Origin: Eledone cirrhosa
Lineage: Eukaryota
Length of the DNA: 64,000 nt
Direction: 5' to 3'
NCBI GenBank assembly: GCA_964016885.1
Contig: OZ024743.1
Location: forward strand, 105,586,001 to 105,650,000
Part shown: positions 52,298 to 64,000 of the stretch, one piece after another
How the letters are laid out: each line of letters starts with the position of its first letter
How positions within the stretch are numbered: the stretch's first letter is position 1
Notes under the pieces: generated by a model
Databases searched by the model: none
The model's input: the letters and a program-made list of their open reading frames with translations, nothing else
What the model was told of the DNA's origin: nothing
Made by a program: the position numbers and the translations under genes

Positions 52298-52594
52298 AGT
52301 AATATTGAAAAACGATTCTATTTTCGAAGTAGAAGGATCCGCCATTTGGAGTTCAAACCAGGCCACCTCCGCTAGTTGAACTCTGGGCAATATTGACTGT
52401 CTATTACTCAGTGTCTAAGAGACTGGAAATTACTGAATACATTTTTGTGTCATATAATTTGTTGTTTTATTATTATAGCTGACCACTTATAGATAAGCAT
52501 GTTATCCATATCCATATTAATTTGGCATTTGTATAAACCATTTCAAGTAAATAGGGACCTTTTTTACATTGACGGACATCTTTTATATTAATTA

Positions 52595-52953
52595 TCTATA
52601 TCTATATCTACATATAATATAAACGATTGGAACTTCCATCATCCTTTTGAGAAACGTGGAACAACCACGTCTATTCAATGATACACGTTTTACAGTCAGG
52701 CAGAAGATGAACCAACTCATAGAGGTCATTATTCTAGGTGGGAGCACCTAGAATTGTTCATATACTATGCACACACGGTACAACGAAGAATCTGGTATAT
52801 CTGAAAGATTTTTAAAACTGTTTTTGGTATCACACAGACACCACGGACTCGCCTCATACTGTAACCAGACAAACATCCAATATAGTCATTTTCTCTTTTA
52901 CCTGTATTCTCTTATCATCTGTTTACCCGGGTGAAGCTGGGTACGTCAGCTAG
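52595..52953 (+). mobile_element. Short non-autonomous Helitron
   Basis: A|TCTATATC start; ACCCGGGTGAAGCTGGGT hairpin and CTAG|T end. Confidence 0.8.
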
Positions 52954-53269
52954 TATATATATAATAACAACAATACACATATATATGATATATTAGATAT
53001 ATTTGCTTTATTTTGTAGAAACTCTGTAATGTGACAGCTGCAGCTTGATAACATCTGCCTTCCCTACTTGGTGGCTGTTGCGGTTCGGTTCCGTTTGGTG
53101 AGTTTGGGAAGGTGAATTTGGAGAGTGAGTCGTCGGTTGGTTTAGCATGAGTCATGCGTGCAGGCTAGCGTTCGGTTTAGGGTATTTGGCAAGTCTTTTG
53201 TGGATTGATTTGAGCAACAATGCTCTTATTTACGCACACACACACACATACACACACACGCACACACAC

Positions 53270-53300
<31 letters not shown>

Positions 53301-53873
53301 CCTATCTGTGTTAGAGACTGTGTGTGCGTATGTGTGTTTGTGTATGTGTGTGTGTGTGTGGTAACTACTAAACTATTTCTGCTCACATAATCACATAATA
53401 TACAGCAGAGATCGTTAAATACACAATGCAAGCAGCCGCATAATCATACATAACCATGCACTCGTATAGATATTTACGCAAATACACACACTTTAAGGTC
53501 AATAGCTGCAAACCACACTCATATCTGATATATATCCCAGATATACTAGCCAGATATTTGTGAGCATATGCACTCTTCTGTATAACTTATTCATAATATT
53601 CAGTTTACAAGAAGCGATCAGTTGTGGAACTACTCACGGGATCTCATTAAGTGTCCCAGGGGAAATTAAAGGATAACTTATAAATTGCAATGATTAGAAA
53701 TTCTTCTCAATGACAACTAAACACACGAAGCAGAGTTGGAGACATGCACAAAAAATAGAGTTAGACAGTCATATATACACACTCGGATGTATATACAGAA
53801 AAATAGATGGATTGTTGAAGAATTACTAAAACATCTTTCTCAATCTCCCACTTCTTCCGCAATTATGTATGTA

Positions 53874-53977
<104 letters not shown>

Positions 53978-54083
53978 CATACATATATATATATATTAAT
54001 ATGTATATAAATATATATATATATATACATATATTTATATACATAATAATATATATATATATGTATTTATATATGTATGTATG

Positions 54084-54144
<61 letters not shown>

Positions 54145-54312
54145 ATTAAGTCAAATATGTAAAATTTACCTATATATATATATCGGTGATACCCATCATT
54201 CGCTGTGACCTCTTCAGGCAGTCCGAATTGGTGTGGGAAAGACAGGTACACATCTTCTTGAAGTGTATTTTACTTTTATAAAATGTAATGGTTACCATGA
54301 ATACTACAAATA

Positions 54313-54415
54313 ATTCTTTCTACATTTGGCACAAGGCCAGCAGTTACCCAGTACATTACTGATACTTTATTTTATCGACCCCGTAGGGATGAAAGGTAAC
54401 ATTAACCTCGGCGGG
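54313..54415 (-). mobile_element. SINE family 1, truncated
   Basis: Reverse complement of the family 1 3' half. Confidence 0.8.
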
Positions 54416-55163
54416 ATACACCTATTTATGTCCACGCAGTCCAACAAAAGTTGGGTGCGTTTTAATACGAATGAAGTAAAAAAAAAAAAATAATAAAAAA
54501 CCTGTGTGTCAAAATCCAGAAGAGTAAAGAACTACAATTCTTATTTCCGCATGAAGTACATATTCGTATATGTTCGCCAACGCACACCGTTGCGCGTACA
54601 CACGTTTAAACACAGGGCCGGGTGCATTAACATATTACGTCCACACAATCACACATGCATACATACACGCATACACACAATTCCATATACGCCCACATGT
54701 GGATACACACACAGAGACACAGGGTCAAAAGTCACCTGTAGAGGGGGAGTGGTGTAAGTAGAAGTAATAGGCGCGTCCTATTTACTTGCGGTATTTAGCA
54801 ATGACATGCGTGCGAAGGGGGTCGGGTTCGAGGCAGGATCACAAGCCGGGATTGGGTGTTGATGCCCACTGGTCGGAAACGTGGGTTGCCTGTTTTCACA
54901 CAGGATAGGACTCCACCGACGTAATTTGTCTCGTTATATCATCTAGTCTCAGCTAGCCTGAGTTCTGGTTAAGGAAGTGAGAGAGAGGTGTTGACCTCAG
55001 CGGTGGGATGCATGGTTTTAGCTGCTAGGTTATAGGTGCTAATCGAGGCGAGAATGGTGGGGGGATAGTGGCAGGTGTAGGGTTTGGTTTGGTGTACCTT
55101 CGGCTCGGTGTGACGGTGTTGCTATCCCTATAGCTTGAGGAAAGTTCCCCTCGAAAGGGGTTG

Positions 55164-57642
55164 CTATCCATATAGCTTGAGGAAGGCTCCGGCCCTGAGG
55201 TATCTACAGGTACCAAAGAAGTCGGTCCTGAGGTAGATTAGGCTACTCCCAGCACTGAGTATCTCGAGCGTCTCGCTCAAACAGAGGTTGCAGATGCGAG
55301 ATCCCTCTCTGTCAGGTGGCACTTTCCTGATTTTCGACCAGGTCAAAGAGTACGGGGTTCTGTCCAGCTTGAGCTTGCAGATCAGTTCAGAAAGAGCCGT
55401 ACTTTTTCCTTTAGTCCTCCCTATTAAAGGAATTGCAATGGTTATACCATCTGTCTTTGAATCTTGTTGATGTGGCTCCTATGAAAAAGGGGTCAGAGTT
55501 GGTGGCTTTTACAATACATCCGTATACTAAGTTCTTCATTAGGAATTCATTATTAAGGGGGCACAATGTGGGGGTTCTGCAGTTGCAGGAGGTGGTCGAC
55601 CCCTGAAAGCCTATTGTGAGGTTCCCGTTGCGTAGTATGGGATGGTCGATCCCTGGGTCAGGTGGAGGGCCTTGGGTCGGTTTGGGTTCCCAGGGTCGGT
55701 TCCAGGTCCATTCCCCCCACCACATGGCTCTACTGGGTGTCTATAGTGGCAGCTGCTGGCTGCGTGTAGTTCCCTAAGATTACTCCTATTGTTACTAGCT
55801 ATGTGATGGGCTACGTTGAGCGTGGTAGAATAGGAAAGCTTCACCGTGTGTTTGTTGAAGATATTGCGGTATCTGTGGTTCCTCGGGAAGCATTTATCTA
55901 GTGCCCTAAAGAATTACCGGGCCAGGCTGGTCTTCAGCCCCGCTGAGTAGGGTGGGTTGTACCACGTAATTTTTCTTATTCTATTCCTATGTGGGTGGGT
56001 TGAGCGTGCTGTAGACCGATGGGGAGTTTTTGGGTGCTAGTGTTTCCAGCATTGTTGCTGCCCCTTTGGGCGTTATGGGTTTTGTTAGCTACTCGGCCCG
56101 TACCTGTGGGGTGGTGTGTGCCAACGCCTTGAGTTCTACACTGGGATGATCCTCCATCCATCCCGATACGTGTCATGCGGTTAGGGGCGGTGGAACCGGG
56201 ATGGTTAGTATCAACCCTGAAACCGCCTTGCATACTGTGTTCCTCCCATGGCTAGGCGTATGCGTCCTTTTCGCTAATGTGGTGGTGCCGCGTTCAGGGG
56301 GTTTAGTGGCTTCCACTCGGCTTGCACTGTTAGGGTTCCCCGCTCCCGGATACCAGGGATAGGGAGGCATGATGGGCCATTTATATCATGGGTTGTAATA
56401 TATAGTTTGGCCATGGGCCGCTTTATTCAGAGCTGCATTCTAATATTCTGCGTTGCTACCGAAGATCTCCTTATTAGCGGACAGGTTGGAGATCCTGTCC
56501 GAGACATTAATGACTACGGCCTTAATTATGTATCTAGGGTGGTTTGACTTAGCGTTAACATATACCAGTTTCTGGTTGGGCTTGTGATAGGGGTAGTATT
56601 GCTCAGTGTTCAAGTTTAGGGAGGTGTCTCGGAAGTTGACTACCTTTCTATTGGGGTTTAATTCTATACTAAGCCCATGATTCCTAAAGAAATGCCCAAT
56701 TCGCCTTTTCATTCCCTCCACCATAGTGGTGCTGTGGTCATAGACGGTGAATAGGGCATCGTCACGGTATAGTCCGCCGCCGAGGCAGGGTATTTCCTCT
56801 TTTATCTGCTTCAGCAGGAAGATCCCAACCAGGTCTGTTACCTGCGGAGTGTCGCTGGAGCCCATCGTTATGTCAAAGTTATTTGGCCAATCACTCCTGG
56901 TCCAAAGGTCACCACCGAAACGGATGAAGGTCTTTCGGGCGGCGTGGATGATGCCTACCTGCTCGCGGGTCAAGTCTGTATTGGACATTGCTATGCTTTT
57001 TATGACTATCCCTAGGTCCGACCCGGAGGGGGCTATTAGTCTAACCGGGAGGTCGGACTCAAAGTTGGACTTGTGATTTTTACGCGTAATCCTTGGCTCC
57101 GTTGGTTGGTATGGGGCTGTCCAATCATCTATGCCGAGTCCGGATACTATCCCGTAAGCACTGGCGTTGATCTCCTCCAGGGTAACTCCAGGTATTATTT
57201 TGTAGCACTTCCTCTGTTTCCTGAGAATTATATTATTATACAGTTTGACGCTCATGCTGTAGAGGTTGTTGGTTTTATCAGCATGGACGAGTATTCCGGT
57301 CGTCTCCTTAAGCTTGGCAGTCCCGTTTCCCAGGTGTCTGGGGTACTTCCGAATCCTAGCTGTGTAGCCGGAGAATTTGAGGATGGAGATAATGTTAATC
57401 ATCTCTTTCTCGAACTCCTCCTGTAGCCTGTTGTGGGGGGGGGGAGGAATCCCCCTTGATCTAAAAAGTTACTCCATGTTTTGGGTGTTGGTAATTTTGG
57501 GCGTTCCTCTTTCATCCTGGAACGCCCTCCATCGCATCCTACGGACGAGGGAGTCAGTAATGTTGATGAGATCACTTGTGTACGCTCGTTTGTCTGGTAG
57601 GGGGATATCCTCTAGTGACGCCAAGGTTGCAAGTTTTTCCAT
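55164..57642 (-). pseudogene. PLE ORF: reverse transcriptase + C-terminal GIY-YIG endonuclease (Hydra-clade-like)
   Basis: SLEDIPLP..RRMRWRAF, ADKTNNLY, FDITMGSSD, GLYRDD, YHKPN..YVN..SNHP, WYNPPYS, CNC..CPL..LVY..FIG.T..FK.RW.NH, CNLCLSE. Stops, frameshifts and an internal RT deletion are present. Confidence 0.88.
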
Positions 57643-58464
57643 TGCGACTTAAGACCGCTACTGTTTAAAGCGTTCAACACGTGGTGGAGCAAGATAAATT
57701 TTGAGTATGTGCTGGTTGTTTCGCGAACCTCAGTATGCAGGCTGGAGCACTCGACGAAGTACGCAGGTTGGTACGGCCTGATGAGGTCACAGTTCTTTAC
57801 ACTTATGGATTTTGACACCCAGGTTTTATATTTTTTTATATTTGTTAGACTGTGTAGACATAAATAGGTAAATGCACCCGAGCCTGCCTTTATACCTGTG
57901 TACGCGCAACGCTGTGCGTTCGCGGACAAATACACGTATGTACTTTATGATGAAATAAGAATTGTAATTCTTTACACTTCTGGATTCTAACACACAGGTT
58001 TTCATTTTATTTATTTATTTTTTAAAAAAATGTATTAGTTGTAACACACGCATTTTTTGTTTGGCATCCCCCACTACGGGAAATGGTGGCAAGTGAGATA
58101 CCAGTCTACACGCATAAATTCTTCCGATCATAGCAGCAGCAGCAGCCTACCAAGGTTGACCTGCTGGCTGACCTCCTAACACCACTACCACTACCACCAC
58201 GGTAAAATAGGTCAGTTGGACTTAAACATTCTGATAAATCAACCATAACAGGTTGACCTATTTCTGAAGAATTTCTATAGACTTTTGACTGGGATGATAT
58301 GATAACTGACCAATGGGGTGGAAGCGTGTCCTCTGACGCTGAAATTCGTTCATTCTAGCACTTTGTACCTCGGAGGACTACCAACACACCCAGGAGCTGG
58401 ACATATCGATGAATTGACAGAGTGGAACACATTTCAACACCATCTTTACCTATTTTTCTACATT

Positions 58465-58531
58465 AATTCATACTGCCTGATGAGGTCGCAGTCAATAATA
58501 GCTGTCACTGAAATATATATAGCAAAGAATT
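58465..58531 (+). ncRNA. Type I hammerhead ribozyme motif in the inverted PLE leader copy
   Basis: AATTC..TGC-CTGATGA-GGTCGCAGT(loop)GCTGTCACT-GAAA-TATATA-TA-GCA..GAATT. Confidence 0.8.
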
Positions 58532-59176
58532 ATAATAAACGAAGCCAACTTTATCATGTGTGACTTACTTATTTTACATTACTCCGGAGTAAACAAACCA
58601 ACCTGCTTACCTCGTCGAGTGCTCCAACCTGCATACTGAGGTGTCGGTAAACAACCAACACATACTAAATATATATATATATGCGCGAAGGTTAAGATTG
58701 CTTTATATAGGAAGAACAATAATAGTGATTTAAAAAACAAACAACCGATGTCGTTTGTCTTATATATACACAGGCTACGTGTATAGTACACAAAGAAAAC
58801 AAAAAATCACCTTGTCACTCATTTCTTCGTTTCTAATTTTCTAAGTTTCATGTGTAAGGTTATTTTTGTTAAAACAAGGGAAACAAATTATGACGAGGAA
58901 AACAACCATTGAGAAAGAACGTAACACTGGTCGGACCAGGTATTCAAAATTATGAGTGCAAATATCTCAGATTTGGCCTATATTTTTCTATATGAATCTT
59001 TCTTTTGCCATTGCACTTTCCCTCTCATGTTGAACGGTAACATTAGTAGAATGTGAAGCCATTAACATTTGCTAAACTTCCCCCTCAGGTTTTCTCTATT
59101 TGTTGGCTAAGAGGAATCTTTCTTGTGTAAGGATCCCTAATCTGCTGGAGGTCAACTGTCATTATTTGTTGGAGTG

Positions 59177-59363
59177 GACGGTAGATTGGCAGTATCGGTA
59201 GAGGGTCGGACGCTTTGCTTTACAGCATAGAGTTATGGCCCTTTATCATCTGAGTTCAAATCCTGTCGAGGTTAACTTTGTCTTTCATCCTTACGGGGTC
59301 GATAAAATAAAGTACCAGTAATGCACTGGGATAATTGCTGGCCATGTGCCAAAAGTAGAAACA
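59177..59363 (+). mobile_element. SINE family 1, full length, with 16-bp TSD
   Basis: TSD ATTATTTGTTGGAGTG at 59161-59176 and 59364-59379. Confidence 0.9.
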
Positions 59364-59867
59364 ATTATTTGTTGGAGTGTTAATCCTATTTGGCCAATGT
59401 AGTATGCATGGTAACCCTTACATTTTATAATATATATTAAACTTTCTGTGTTTCACGAGAAGTCATTTTTAATTTCGAAAATGGGGTCTTCTTTAAAGGG
59501 GAATTTGTGGCCTTTAAATATATATTTACACACCCACAGTTAAGTCAGTTGCATCTCTTGATGTCAGGCTCTTTAATTCCGGTTTACATCTTTGCATTTT
59601 GTTGTATTTATTTTAGTGACATGTGCTATCATTAACATTTCATAATTGGATATTTTTATAAAGTGTAATCAATTATTTGTCCCTTAGTTTAAGTAGAATT
59701 AATTGTATGTATCTGCAGAGTTCTGTGTTCTTTGAGTTAAAAGTTGAAATATAATCCTTTTTTGTATTTGTTTCTCGGAGTACCTGGAAATTAATTTGTT
59801 TAGCTTTTTAAATGCTATTATTACTTCTGATGCGTACATTTTCATTTCTTCTAGTTTGTGGTCTTTG

Positions 59868-59936
<69 letters not shown>

Positions 59937-59943
<7 letters not shown>

Positions 59944-60085
59944 CAGATTAAAGTTTAAGCAAAGAATCGCTGCATTCACACTTAACGGGATCTTCTTTGC
60001 TTAAACTTGAATCTGTTATTTTAATAAATATTTACACTACGGTTCTTATATATTTGATACATATTTATCCTTATCGAGCCCTCTT
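59937..60085. repeat. Foldback element between two (TA)n tracts
   Basis: AAAATAACAGATTAAAGTTTAAGCAAAGAA ... TTCTTTGCTTAAACTTGAATCTGTTATTTT. Confidence 0.8.
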
Positions 60086-60114
60086 TGGATTTTAGTCTTC
60101 AAATTTATTATTAT

Positions 60115-60192
<78 letters not shown>

Positions 60193-61292
60193 TGTAGAAT
60201 GTATGTGCGTGAGTGTGTATTTTGTGGGTTCGTGTTAGTGTACATTGCATTTTTATGGTCTGAATATAAAATTTTATTTTATGTTAATCGCGCCCAATGT
60301 GCCCTAATGATAAATAGAGATAGCTATAATCAGTATGTGACTGAAATAATGAGTACAATGAGATATATGGAGATCCAACCTCTGATACCAGCAAAAGCAT
60401 AATTAAAAAGATTGGAAATCGTATAACCACATTTGGAAATTTGTTTCGACTGATGAGTTAGCTATGTTACAGACTCGTTCTTGATAAAGCAACGCGAACT
60501 AATTATAATTTAGTAAATGATAATTTAGCTAAAACGGGCGAACGATATATATAGAAACATCATAACGTGCAATCAGACATGACTTCACGATGCCTATTAA
60601 AAAGCCTGCAATCAATAATTTCATTTATGATAGCTTAAGGTTGCTCACAAATAGATCACTTCAAAAAATTATAGATATTATGACTGTGCATGAGAGCAAG
60701 ATGTTTATGAATTCAGAAAAAAAAAAACACAAAAAAACATCGATATTTACAAAATCCCGGATTTGCAGTGAAAAAAAAAAATGAAGCAAAAATAGGTTTT
60801 ATCTATCTTATTTTTAATTTGGTTTTTATAGTTAAGTTTTTCATTAACTTAACTTATGCATTGCAAATGCAGGCTTACATTTAATCTAAATAAGAAACAA
60901 ATGTTAGAAAAACATTATAACTAAAGCAAATGTGAGATAAAGCTGTAATATTACATTAGACAATATTTAATAAGATGATCGAAGAGTGATCTAAACATGT
61001 ACATAATATATTAATAGGCCGTCGGTATATAGTACTTTGGAATACAGAACTAAATTTACGAATACATACATTTGTGCATATATTTTGAAAGGTATGTACA
61101 AAAAATGCATATACGTATGCATGCATACACACTCAAATACACACAGACGCTTATATCCATCCATATTTATATATATATATACATAATATATATATATATA
61201 TACATATCTACATATGAGAACAGAGATAAATGTAAACATTCACTGTCTGAACTATCTATTTATTGAATTACAAACACTGACAAATTTTACAA

Positions 61293-61398
<106 letters not shown>

Positions 61399-61575
61399 GT
61401 ATGTATCTGCAATTATTGCACCACGATGAACTTCTAAAGATAAGAAATATTTTGCGTTTTCAAATGTATTACTGTTAGGAAAATTTGTGAAAAGGGAATT
61501 GATGCCAATGCGACACTCAAAAAGGGGGAAATTAAGAACAAATTGAGCTTCAGCATACAAATAAAACACACGGAA

Positions 61576-61653
<78 letters not shown>

Positions 61654-61918
61654 GTGCGTGCGTGCTTGTGTGTGTGTGTGCGTGTTCTATAGTCTGCCGC
61701 TATGCATGTGCAAGTCTACTACGCTCTCTTTTGTAGTTCTGATACTTATGTACATGAATATGTCAGCGATTTTATAGGTATTTACTCTGATGTCTTTTTT
61801 ATACATTAGTTTTCAAATGCATTAAGATAAAGATCTATTACAATTGCTTCTAAAGCAGATTTACATGAAACCAAACGAATACGATCTGGCAGGATATATG
61901 CGATTATGTGTTTTGGGG

Positions 61919-61949
<31 letters not shown>

Positions 61950-62002
61950 CTTATATATATATTATTTATTGTGTCTATATATATATATATGTATATATAT
62001 AT

Positions 62003-62098
<96 letters not shown>

Positions 62099-63459
62099 AT
62101 ATAATATAAATAGACACAATAAATAATATACCTTGTGCATATTTGTGTGTGTATATATTATGCCTGTGTTTTTTCCTGTACACAAAATTGGATACCTTTT
62201 AATCTTAATCCCATATATTATCCTGTACATGTATTTTATTCCGATATTGTTGGTTGCCATGTTTTAATATCATATTTGATGCACATCCTTTCTCTTCTGT
62301 CTTATCCTATTCATACTAGGTGTCTTTTGTTTTATGCACAACATTTCACAAAGTGATACCCTCTGTTTATAGCCTTTTAAAATCTGAAATTCGATAGTTA
62401 TCTTTCAGAATTCTCTACTTGCGCGGTCATTTAACCAGATAAAATAGAGATCTGAAGAAACCAGCCACAACAACAAAATATTCTAAAATCAACCTAAAAA
62501 TATAGTGTATCTAGGTATCTGACGGCATGATCCTGATGAAATGCTTTTGGTCAACTTCAATCTTGGCCGGTATGTGACAAAACATCATAAGCATAACATA
62601 ACAGACATCCATTAATGCAATTGATAATTGCCATTATGCCTCTAGCACATGCTGGCCTTTACTAAAACCATGAAAAAAAGAATATTTAATTAAATTTAGC
62701 ACAACATATCTTCTAAAGAAATTAATTTGTTTGAGGATCATAATCAGTAGTACGTTGATCTCCGAAATATTCTCTATGTAATTATGTTGCATTCTCTATG
62801 TGAATATGTTTTTTACTTTATTTCTTTATCCTTGTGTCTTCCTCTTGAGCAAGTCGACTGTGTTCAGACCTGCGAACGGGAAGGGCTGGTTTTTATAATG
62901 CCCAGTCCAGGCTGTATATAAATAACACATGATTTCATCAGGGGCTAATATTACATGAGTGTAATGTATGTATAAGGGAAGAAAACAACGTATGAGTCAT
63001 AGATTTTGTAAGTTTATTATCCATATAACACAATTGAGTTATACAATTCATACGTGTATTATGTAATAAATACATTCATGGTAATTTGTTATAAAATACA
63101 AACATTATTTGTTCTTGAGGGGTGAGTCAACAGGGGAATCACCATATGTTTGCCTCTCCAGCGGGAATAAACAGCCTAATTTAGACTCTCTTAGAAATGG
63201 GAAGATCAAATAGATCAATGTGATCTTGGATATACAAAGCAGACTGGATGATCATAGCAGTTTGTGTTCACAGACACGCTCAATTAGAGTGGAACCCGCG
63301 TAACATAGTATAAACAAGACAGATTAAAAGGAGAATATTACGTAAATTGATTCCATACCAAAATTCGGAAATATCCCTGTATTTATATATACATAAATTG
63401 GCTCGAACAGGGAAAAGAGAATAAATACACGCACACACATACACATACACACACACTTT

Positions 63460-63757
<298 letters not shown>

Positions 63758-64000
63758 TATATAGATATATAAAGACACGGTATGAGTCGTTGATGAGCGG
63801 AAGGGTTTCTTGTTTTCTCCTGCCTTCCATTAGACTTTACACTTACTAACGCTACATAGTAATTTTCTTTCCGATGACTTGATGCACACAACCAACACAC
63901 TCAGCCCCGCAGACACACAGACACACACACGCGTATATATATATATGTATATATGTATATACATATATATATAACGAAGGAGGTGTGGTAAAGAAACAGA

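Larger units (their letters stand above)
54416..58680 (-). mobile_element. Penelope-like element with inverted, rearranged pLTR pieces
   Basis: RT-GIY-YIG ORF remnants. 54495-54650 is inverted relative to 57845-58002, and 57703-57771 is inverted relative to 58598-58668. Confidence 0.85.

Overview
AT-rich, microsatellite-saturated eukaryotic DNA. It is probably molluscan or cephalopod (Octopus-like), inferred only from the repeat landscape. No host protein-coding gene can be supported, and almost all short ORFs in the track are (TA)n/(CA)n artefacts. The window is made of decayed mobile elements: two near-full-length and four partial Tx1-clade LINEs sitting in (ATT)n tracts, six Helitrons or Helitron derivatives, one Penelope-like element (PLE; RT with GLYRDD plus C-terminal GIY-YIG), an R4/Dong-like RLE fragment and many tRNA-type SINEs. 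The main result, read by eye, is a dense set of type I hammerhead ribozyme (HHR) motifs: six with intact cores and about six variant or decayed. Most lie in small foldback elements in or beside (TA)n tracts. Four sequence-divergent HHRs share an unusual architecture: a palindromic 6-nt stem III, an AUA cleavage triplet and a C·Y mismatch at the 4th pair of stem II. One of them is physically tied to the 5' leader of the PLE. All structures are manual predictions; no ribozyme activity or database search was tested.
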